A stretch of DNA of 64,000 bases from an uncultured virus (IMG/VR IMGVR_UViG_3300020599_000006) (taxonomy: Duplodnaviria; Heunggongvirae; Uroviricota; Caudoviricetes). Location of the stretch: the IMG/VR virus record IMGVR_UViG_3300020599_000006. One strand, given 5' to 3'. The notes under the pieces are model-generated. The model did no database searches and had not been told where the DNA came from. It worked only from the letters and a program-made list of their open reading frames with translations. Shown here one piece after another: positions 29,905 to 36,879 of the stretch; the stretch's first letter is position 1; every line of letters begins with the position of its first letter. The position numbers were made by a program, and so were the translations under genes.

Positions 29905-30201
29905 TTATTCTCCGACGGGGATGTCCGGCAGATCGATGGTCTGATTGGCGTATGAGTGATTGCAATCACTCAGGTACTGGATCTTTCCATCGCGGATGAA
30001 GTAGTGGCATTCACACGGTCGACCTTTGCTGCTGTAACCACCATGCTTCAGACTCGGCGCCAGCGTGGGTTTGCCATCGATGCACGTATAGTCCCATCCA
30101 TTGCCGATCTGCCCGGACGGATTGACCGGTACGGTGTGTGTGACTTCACAGCCTGGACACCAGTGGGTGAAACGATTGTCACCACTTAAGCGAAAGTTCA
30201 T
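29905..30201 (-). CDS. DUF6527-like Cys/His protein
   Basis: WCPGC...H, PTLAPS, CHYFIRDGKIQYLSDC.H motifs. Confidence 0.7.
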   Translation of the reverse strand: MNFRLSGDNRFTHWCPGCEVTHTVPVNPSGQIGNGWDYTCIDGKPTLAPSLKHGGYSSKGRPCECHYFIRDGKIQYLSDCNHSYANQTIDLPDIPVGE

Positions 30202-30240
30202 GGTCAGAGTTCCTCTTCCGGGATATCGGGTAGGTCGAGC

Positions 30241-33200
30241 CTACTGAGTCATCCCTACTGGATAAGACTGGCGGATATGTTCCAGAAAGACAGCCGCGCT
30301 GCGCTCCAACGGAACAGAGCTGTGCATCATGCTCTCCAAACTGGTCTCCAGATCAGTCGGGGTATCGATCCCCATGATCGCAGAGACCTGTTCACGGCTC
30401 CACTCCAGGATGTCTTTGGAACGGGTGGAGATGTTCGGGTCTCCCTGAGTATCCAGGAAGCAGTCGAACACGTACACTTGCTCATCCTGACCCAGACGGT
30501 TACAGCGCGAGATCGTCTGATCACGCTCATGGTCCCGAAATGGCGAGTTGAGCATGATGAGGGTGTTGGCCATGATCAGTGGTACGGCAGTCGACAGCGA
30601 TGGGAAGGTGGCAATCAGGGGATTGGTGTCCTCATCTGTCTCGAACTGCCGGATGATAGCGGCCAGGTTCTTGTTGGTATCACCGTACACCAGTACCGGC
30701 TTGTACCCTAACTCCTTCAAGACCTTCTCCGTTTTCTGCACCACTTCCACGTAACTGGTAAAGATGACGGTCTTCTTGACGGAGTTGTCAATGATCTCCT
30801 GGAAAGGGACGTAATCGACCATCTCCAAGTGACAGCGCGAGCGAGCTTTACCCAGAATACCGCCTAATGCCTCACCCATGACCTTCAAGTTGACGTACTT
30901 GATGATGGACCTGACGCTCTTGAACTCTTTCTTGAGCTGATCCGGCAGAGAAGGAATGATTTTCCGCAATTCGTAAGAGTTGCAGAACATCACCTCGACC
31001 TTCATCTCCTTTGGGTCGTAGAACTTACGGATCATTTCCACGTACTTCTTGTACAGTTGGAAATCCCGTTCGTCTTGGCTGTTACGGATCGACTTCTCAT
31101 GCAGCTTCAAGCAGTCGTCGAAAAGGCGTTCATAATCCTTCATGCCCTTGCGATAGAACTCCAGACGCTGTTCGATGAACTTCGTCATGTCCTCACGAAC
31201 CCGTTCCAGTGTGAAGTCCTTCGCGTTAGGCGTCTTGATGTTCACTTCCTTGACAGTGGGCGTGCCATCGACCACTTGTTGCTTCGGTACTTTGAAGGTC
31301 AACAGGCCGATGCGGTTCTGGAGGATATCCAGGGCTCGTTTAGCATCACGACCGTAGATCTTCTTGAAGCGCTCTTCGACATGAGCAGGGAAGTCACCAC
31401 AGATGGTGCGTAGCAGAGGGATACATTCGTAACCCATAGCCTTGATCGGGGTACCCGATGCCCAAAGGATGTTGGTGGACTGGGTCAACTTGCACAGTTC
31501 GATGAAATTCTGGGTTCGTTGAGAGTTGATCTCATTGAAATTGTGCGATTCGTCCAACGCAATGAAGACATCATCGCCCTTTTCTTTAAGGCGCTTAGCC
31601 AAATCCAGTGCCCGATCCAGTGCTTCGTAGTGGAAGACGTAGAAACGCCGCCCTACAGGCGCTGCTTGACCGGGCATATTGGAAATCCAGTAGCTCGGCG
31701 ACTTGGGCATGTTGTACTTGATCGTTGCTTCCCACACCCGCTCGATGGAATTCTTCGGTGCGATGATGATACCGACCTTAACCTTGAGACAAACTGCCAG
31801 GGCGAGGTCGGTGACGGTGTTGTGGGTCACCACGTAGTCATCAATGACAAACAACTTCGATGGGTGCTCCACACTGATGCACACTGCTTCATCAACATCG
31901 ATTGGCTCGATACTCCGAATACGCAGTTTCAGCCCTTTGGAGTACTGGTTTTCCTCCTTAGCTAGCTCCTTCTTACGAGGTAGTCTGAAGCAATCGGCAG
32001 GGCATTTCATCCGAATAGACAGAACATAGTTAAGTCGACCCTGACGACGTTCACCGTTGTGGGTGTAGTGCGGCAGTTTTGTACCAATTCGGCAAATACC
32101 ACCGAGGGACCAGACAAGTTTTTGCACATTCGCAGCCAGCTCAGGACTGCTTGTGCTATAAGTCACACCACCAGCCTTGCCTACAGTTCCATCGGTGTCC
32201 ATCAGACCTTGGAGAAGGGCCAGTCGTTGTTCATGACTACCGTCTAGGTACTCAGGCGGAATGAACTTTTCGAAAGAATAGCTTCCGAACAAATTCATAT
32301 CGCGAATAGCGTTTGTTACCTGGTTGGTTCTAGGTTGGTTCGCTATCCGTTCAGCCACCACTTGATAGTCGACACTATCACGATGTTCAAGTGAGTGTCC
32401 ATTTGGGAGCAACCTCTGTACTTCACTGCGAATGAACTCGTCCGGGGTGCTAAGCATGGTACACGTCCGCATAGAGCCGTCGCCTAGCAATACACCCATT
32501 AGGTAAGGATCGAGCGGAAGGTCTTGGTCCGGACCAATTTCGCTGCGAGCAAGGGGAACGTAAAGCATGTCGTCATTGTCTTTACCAAGAAGACTCATCA
32601 GCTCCTTGGTGTTACGAACCTTCCATTCGTCTCTATTACCGCCATTACGGCGGTTACTCCACCACAGATGATCGGCACAGACGTCAGCCACCCGCCCATC
32701 CCAAAAAGTCACGCGATAGAGTTGTAATTTACCCTGCGGGTAAACACCCGTAACAGCAGTGGCAGTGCCATCAACCGAAATAACTTGGTCACCGATTTTT
32801 AGTTTATCGATCCTGCGCCACCCACCAGGGATTTTCACCCGCGTGTCAGCACGACAGGCCTTACCCGAGCCAGGGGGTGCTGCCAGGAGCATGCCCTTAA
32901 GCTGATACTGCTGGCGGATGCGGTCGTAGGTGTTCAGGAAATCCTTTTGGTGGGGCAGCAGAGGAAAGCCGATCTCATCGAGTTTACTGTAATCCAGGAT
33001 CGACTGGGTGGGAGGCTCCATGATGCCTTTCAACCAAGTCTTTTCCTTAAGCTCCTCGATGATCTTACCGATGGCTCGACGAGAAGTGCGAGTTTTCCTG
33101 TCCTCGTAGAGCTGCTCAAACATGTAGAGCACGTCCACTGCGAAGAATTGGTGGAAAACCACCTTACTGCGCGTGGCTGAGGTGAACATGTTCATGCTGA

Positions 33201-33330
33201 TCCGAGAGGTGGACCAGAAACGTTGGATGTCGTTGAGGATTTCCCAGCCAGGGATACCATCGATGATGATAGACCCCTTCACTTCCTCAACCCGTACAAG
33301 GCCTATTAGCCGTTTAATGCCAGAAAGCAT
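30241..33330 (-). CDS. SNF2-like superfamily 2 helicase with intein
   Basis: LLPHQ, GSGK[intein]T Walker A, LDESH, ASGTP, QTISRCNRLGQ motifs. Confidence 0.9.
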   Translation of the reverse strand: MLSGIKRLIGLVRVEEVKGSIIIDGIPGWEILNDIQRFWSTSRISMNMFTSATRSKVVFHQFFAVDVLYMFEQLYEDRKTRTSRRAIGKIIEELKEKTWLKGIMEPPTQSILDYSKLDEIGFPLLPHQKDFLNTYDRIRQQYQLKGMLLAAPPGSGKACRADTRVKIPGGWRRIDKLKIGDQVISVDGTATAVTGVYPQGKLQLYRVTFWDGRVADVCADHLWWSNRRNGGNRDEWKVRNTKELMSLLGKDNDDMLYVPLARSEIGPDQDLPLDPYLMGVLLGDGSMRTCTMLSTPDEFIRSEVQRLLPNGHSLEHRDSVDYQVVAERIANQPRTNQVTNAIRDMNLFGSYSFEKFIPPEYLDGSHEQRLALLQGLMDTDGTVGKAGGVTYSTSSPELAANVQKLVWSLGGICRIGTKLPHYTHNGERRQGRLNYVLSIRMKCPADCFRLPRKKELAKEENQYSKGLKLRIRSIEPIDVDEAVCISVEHPSKLFVIDDYVVTHNTVTDLALAVCLKVKVGIIIAPKNSIERVWEATIKYNMPKSPSYWISNMPGQAAPVGRRFYVFHYEALDRALDLAKRLKEKGDDVFIALDESHNFNEINSQRTQNFIELCKLTQSTNILWASGTPIKAMGYECIPLLRTICGDFPAHVEERFKKIYGRDAKRALDILQNRIGLLTFKVPKQQVVDGTPTVKEVNIKTPNAKDFTLERVREDMTKFIEQRLEFYRKGMKDYERLFDDCLKLHEKSIRNSQDERDFQLYKKYVEMIRKFYDPKEMKVEVMFCNSYELRKIIPSLPDQLKKEFKSVRSIIKYVNLKVMGEALGGILGKARSRCHLEMVDYVPFQEIIDNSVKKTVIFTSYVEVVQKTEKVLKELGYKPVLVYGDTNKNLAAIIRQFETDEDTNPLIATFPSLSTAVPLIMANTLIMLNSPFRDHERDQTISRCNRLGQDEQVYVFDCFLDTQGDPNISTRSKDILEWSREQVSAIMGIDTPTDLETSLESMMHSSVPLERSAAVFLEHIRQSYPVGMTQ
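31819..32859 (-). mobile_element. intein with LAGLIDADG homing endonuclease (class-3 type), 347 aa
   Basis: GSGK|ACRADTRV...DHLW...LMGVLLGDGS...LLQGLMDTDGT...AVCISV...VVTHN|T; removal restores GSGKT. Confidence 0.92.
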
Positions 33331-33387
33331 GGTATGACCCTTTTGGGATGTGTTAAAATTCATAAGATTTTCTAGCGAGGCCTAACC

Positions 33388-34425
33388 ATGCCAAGCGTTT
33401 CTGAGAAACAGCGCCGTTTCTTCGCCATGGCGCACAAAGACCCGGCTTTTGCCAAGAAAGCGGGCATCGATCCTAAAGTGGCGAAGGAGTTTTACGAGGC
33501 AGACGAGGCATTGACTGAGGAAGAGCGCGAAAAGATCTACAAGGAACACGCCAAGAAGAAGCTGGAGGAGATGGGTGAGAGCGCCTCGGCCGAATCCTTC
33601 ATGGAACTGTGCGAATTCCGCACTGCGTTGGAATCCTTGATGCGCACAGGCCAGACCCTGCTGCAAATACCATCCCTGGAAGACTCGGCGGTCTCTGATT
33701 ACAAAGAAATTGCCAACCAGGTGCTGGCACCGGCAGGTCTGACGGTCGATATTCCTGGCACCATCAGCGGTGTGGACCCCAATACCGATCTGGAAGTAAC
33801 CCTTGAGGCGATTTACCACTATAGCCTCATGACCGAAGACGCCATCCATCGCGCTGTGGGTCTGGAAGCCAAGCATAAGGCTGCATTGGAAAACTTCCAG
33901 ACCATGTTTGGCGATCCTTTCAAGGAATCGGCCAAGATGCCGGCTGTGTCCGGGACGTCTGCTGTTACCCTGAACCCTTTTACGCGTGATCTGTCGCAAT
34001 ATCCAGATGCGAATGCCATTCGCTGGATTGAAGCGCGTAAGAATCTCGATTCCCTCGCCATCCTGCTCAACGGTATCCCGAACATCCCCACGGGTAAGCT
34101 CTCCGGGGACGAGTTCAACGCCGTCAAGCGTCTGGTGAAGGCTACCATGTGCAACATCGGCTTCTACGTCGACGAAGTAGATTACGCCACCGACATTACC
34201 TCGCTCTCCGAGGTGCTGGGACGGGCGATCCAGATCGTCACGGCGAAGATGCAGGCTTCCTGGAAGCCTGGCATGCCAGGTTACGGGATCGAGTCCCTGG
34301 ATCTGAACGAGTACGATAACGAGTACTACGGCTTCTTCTCCAAAGAAGCGGTCATGGCTATGTTTGGCAGTTCTCACACTCGGAAGAAGAACCAGGCAGA
34401 TCAACCCTCAGAAGGAGACGCCTGA
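33388..34425 (+). CDS. probable virion head protein
   Basis: Multiple S/A/G-X-E motifs (ALES, SLED, GLEA, ALEN) like phiKZ prohead protease sites. Confidence 0.55.
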   Translation: MPSVSEKQRRFFAMAHKDPAFAKKAGIDPKVAKEFYEADEALTEEEREKIYKEHAKKKLEEMGESASAESFMELCEFRTALESLMRTGQTLLQIPSLEDSAVSDYKEIANQVLAPAGLTVDIPGTISGVDPNTDLEVTLEAIYHYSLMTEDAIHRAVGLEAKHKAALENFQTMFGDPFKESAKMPAVSGTSAVTLNPFTRDLSQYPDANAIRWIEARKNLDSLAILLNGIPNIPTGKLSGDEFNAVKRLVKATMCNIGFYVDEVDYATDITSLSEVLGRAIQIVTAKMQASWKPGMPGYGIESLDLNEYDNEYYGFFSKEAVMAMFGSSHTRKKNQADQPSEGDA

Positions 34426-34431
34426 TGAACA

Positions 34432-34792
34432 TTGGCGTGGGCGAAGGTTAGCCAAGTCCAAGGAACACGGTAAATAATAATGGCACAATGACACCATTAT
34501 ATGCAGGACTCCACTGTCCTCGTGTTCCTTAACAAATGATCGGTCTCCCTGAACGGACTTTCGAGTCCTGCCACAGGCCACCCCTAAAGCGGGATAACCG
34601 CTCCTAAGTGCTCCTACGACGTTCGAGCACCGCCATCGGAAGTCTGTAGCCTGATCGTTCGGAAAGCGCATTCAGTCATTGGTCCCCTGTCCTTTAACCC
34701 GCGCTAGGCCAACCAGCTACACCTGTCCTTTGGTAACGCACAGCCGTGCACAGCCCACCTCGGTAGGTAACTGCCGAGGTGGGTCTATACCG
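34432..34792 (+). ncRNA. structured non-coding region (putative ncRNA or 3' trailer)
   Basis: AAGGAACACG/CGTGTTCCTT helix enclosing two hairpins; UUCG and GTAA tetraloops; no credible ORF. Confidence 0.55.
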
Positions 34793-34799
34793 CGTCTTC

Positions 34800-35070
34800 T
34801 AATTTGGGAAGCTGCTACTTCCCGAGTCTCTTGTAACTCACCGTGTAAACAAGAGTATTGCCTGCCAGCAACAGTGCTGCGACAACGCCCAACCATTTCC
34901 AGAGGCCGCGTTGCAAAAGCGAACGGTACGACCATTAAACCGCGTTGCCGCGCGGTGGTAAGTTGTGTAGTTAGCAGAGGTTCAACTCTGAGCTAGTGCG
35001 CAGCCTTCATGCATTTGCCCACTGTCCAAAGGACTCTGGTGAAATCCATGAGGGAAGTGCATTGGAGGCA
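34800..35070 (+). ncRNA. structured non-coding region with T-loop-like hairpins
   Basis: Successive hairpins with G-U pairs on + strand; AGAG-GTTCAA-CTCT and TGG-TGAAAT-CCA. Confidence 0.55.
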
Positions 35071-35232
35071 CCGCGATGGAAAGAAGAATAAAAAGCCAAC
35101 ACGACCATCCCGCCTATTACATCCTGGCGATGTTTGTACTGTTCTTCCTGGATGGTCCCACCTCCTTCTATGAACGCGCTGTACCCACCCGGGTCCAGTA
35201 TCCCATGGTTTGTCCCATCCAGGTAACGAAAT

Positions 35233-35514
35233 ATGCCCTCGCCATCGATCATCCAGGTCCCACCCTCAGTCCAGCCCGTGCAGTCGTTCGAGTTCCGTGA
35301 GCCGCTTTATGCTCGCGACGACATCGTCAAGCACTACAAGGGTCAGCACTACCGTGTGATCTTTACGCCGGCTGACGGTTTCCGTACCGAGGCCAGCAAC
35401 GAACCTGCCTATGCGTATTGCAAGGCAGAATCAGCACCCAATCCTACCACGAACCCTATCTGGGTGCGTGTTCAGAACGAGTTCGAAGACACGGCGAAAT
35501 TCATGCCTGTGTAA
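35233..35514 (+). CDS. DUF1653-like protein
   Basis: VKHYKGQHYRV...Y...IWVR...EF motif; start uncertain. Confidence 0.6.
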   Translation: MPSPSIIQVPPSVQPVQSFEFREPLYARDDIVKHYKGQHYRVIFTPADGFRTEASNEPAYAYCKAESAPNPTTNPIWVRVQNEFEDTAKFMPV

Positions 35515-35737
35515 TTTTTTACTGATCATGCCGATGTTTTGAAGGAAGGCAACGGCCAGAATCCTCTACCTGCTCGTCAAGCCTTCCTTCACGCCTTACT
35601 ACCTTCAACGGTCGCTCGGGATGTGGCCAATGCTGGTGGTAAGGCACCTATTCCAGTTTGCTCCAGACGGTTCTTCCCAGTGCGCTCGTTTCCCCCGGCG
35701 ATAGCATCAACTCCTAGCCGTCTGGAGCCCCTACAGT

Positions 35738-35910
35738 GTCACCTTTAGCTCATCGGTAGAGCACTGCTATCCATTTGCTGCGTCGACATGCAGCGAGTCA
35801 GGCCCCGATCTCGATCGGACATGCCTGGCTGTTCGGTTCCCCAGCAATGGGAGAACTGGAAGTCACCGACATGGCAGAGGTAGATGGTTCAATTCCATCA
35901 AGGTGCCCCA
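35738..35910 (+). ncRNA. tRNA-like RNA with ~100-nt structured insertion in the anticodon loop
   Basis: GTCACCTT-TA-GCTC..GGTA-GAGC-A-CTGCT[insert]GGCAG-AGGTA-GATGG-TTCAATT-CCATC-AAGGTGCC-CCA. Confidence 0.8.
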
Positions 35911-36218
35911 ATCTTTACCAGAGCTTGCCAAATGCAGCTCGGGTTTGTGGAGTAAGTGTCACGGCTTTCCTCTCGCCCTGGGAAGCGAGAATCGGCATGA
36001 CATGACGCAGGCTCAGGCCGCTGTCTCCAGAAACAAGTGAACGAGTACCCGCTCCAGTAGCGAGGCCTGGACGAATTAAAGAACTTCTGTTAGAGAAACG
36101 ACATTCAACGAGTACCAGCCGGTGGCTCGAGTGGACGATTAAGGTTGTTCTCGGCGGCCGTTCTAACAGGAATGAGAGTGATTCGGTGTACTCCCCGATG
36201 AGCAAGCCGAGAACGATT

Positions 36219-36380
36219 TTGAGACGATGCCGACGAGTGGCGGAATAGAAACATCGGAATACGCGGGGATCGCATCCCCAGGTAGGAGATATGACTCCGG
36301 CGGCCTGCCTGTTGGTCCCTACGTGGCTTGTGGGTTCGAGCCCCACCTCAGAGAGAACAGGACACTAGGCATCGTCTCAA
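36219..36380 (+). ncRNA. tRNA-Leu-like core enclosed by a 13-bp terminal stem
   Basis: TGGCGGAA...TACGC D-arm-like region; GTGGG-TTCGAGC-CCCAC T arm; TTGAGACGATGCC/GGCATCGTCTCAA closing helix; no CCA. Confidence 0.7.
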
Positions 36381-36388
36381 CTTTTTAT

Positions 36389-36463
36389 TCGCCCTTAGCA
36401 AAGCGGTAATGCGCACGACTGTTAATCGTGTTATCCTAGGTTCGAATCCTAGAGGGCGAGCCA
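36389..36463 (+). tRNA. tRNA-Asn (GTT)
   Basis: Canonical cloverleaf: TCGCCCT/AGGGCGA, CACGA-CTGTTAA-TCGTG, TTCGAAT loop, G-CCA. Confidence 0.95.
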
Positions 36464-36470
36464 TTTCCAT

Positions 36471-36548
36471 GACTCACTTAACTCAGCGGGTAGAGTGCTG
36501 CCTGGCACATGGCAGAAGTCGGTGGTTCAAGTCCATCAGTGAGTCCCA
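36471..36548 (+). tRNA. atypical tRNA with 8-nt anticodon loop (TGGCACAT)
   Basis: GACTCACT/AGTGAGTC-CCA; CTGCC-TGGCACAT-GGCAG; GGTGG-TTCAAGT-CCATC. Confidence 0.75.
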
Positions 36549-36565
36549 ATTTCCATCAGTTCCAT

Positions 36566-36718
36566 GAAATCGCTTAGCTCACCGGTAGAGCGCTGACATA
36601 CTGGTTCGACTCCAGACCTTGCCCCGCCTCCGGGCCACGGCGAGGGTTCCATCCTTCGGGTTGGGACATTCGGTAAACTTGTCAGAGGTACCTGGTTCGA
36701 TTCCAGGAGCGTTTCCCA
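36566..36718 (+). ncRNA. tRNA-like RNA with ~80-nt insertion in the anticodon loop containing a second T arm
   Basis: GCTC..GGTA-GAGC-G-CTGACA[TA-CTGG-TTCGACT-CCAG...]TGTCAG-AGGTA-CCTGG-TTCGATT-CCAGG-AGCGTTTC-CCA. Confidence 0.8.
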
Positions 36719-36725
36719 TTTCCAT

Positions 36726-36794
36726 GACGCATGTAGTTTAGTGGTAAAACGTCGCCCCCTCAATGTGTCACGGGTTCGAGTCCCGTCTGCGTCA
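36726..36794 (+). ncRNA. tRNA-like element lacking an anticodon stem
   Basis: GACGCA/TGCGTC acceptor, GTTT-AGTGGTA-AAAC D arm, ACGGG-TTCGAGT-CCCGT T arm. Confidence 0.65.
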
Positions 36795-36796
36795 TT

Positions 36797-36871
36797 GGCG
36801 CAGTAGCTCAGATGGTAGAGCAATTGAACCACTTGGCGAAGTCACCGGTTCGATTCCGGACATACGTCCCA
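36797..36871 (+). ncRNA. degenerate tRNA-like element
   Basis: TAGCTCAGATGGTAGAGC D arm, CCGG-TTCGATT-CCGG T arm, CCA end; anticodon and acceptor stems poorly paired. Confidence 0.6.
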
Positions 36872-36879
36872 ATCGCGAG

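Noticed and set aside
35017..35057. Cobalamin riboswitch-like words (GCCCACTGT, GGTGAAATCC, GGGAAG)
   Set aside because: Order and spacing do not match the family and no B12 box was found.
35962..36000. Possible HDV-like ribozyme P3/L3 (GGC-TTTCCTCTC-GCC)
   Set aside because: No P1/P2 arrangement could be built; an alternative simple stem-loop fits better.
35738..36718. Group I intron or tmRNA interpretation of the anticodon inserts
   Set aside because: Inserts of about 80-100 nt are too short for a group I core, D stems are intact, and no G3-U70 Ala acceptor or tag frame was seen.
36460..36730. CRISPR-like array suggested by repeated TTCCAT spacers
   Set aside because: Repeats are only 6-8 nt, irregularly spaced, and separate tRNA-like units; no cas genes are in the window.
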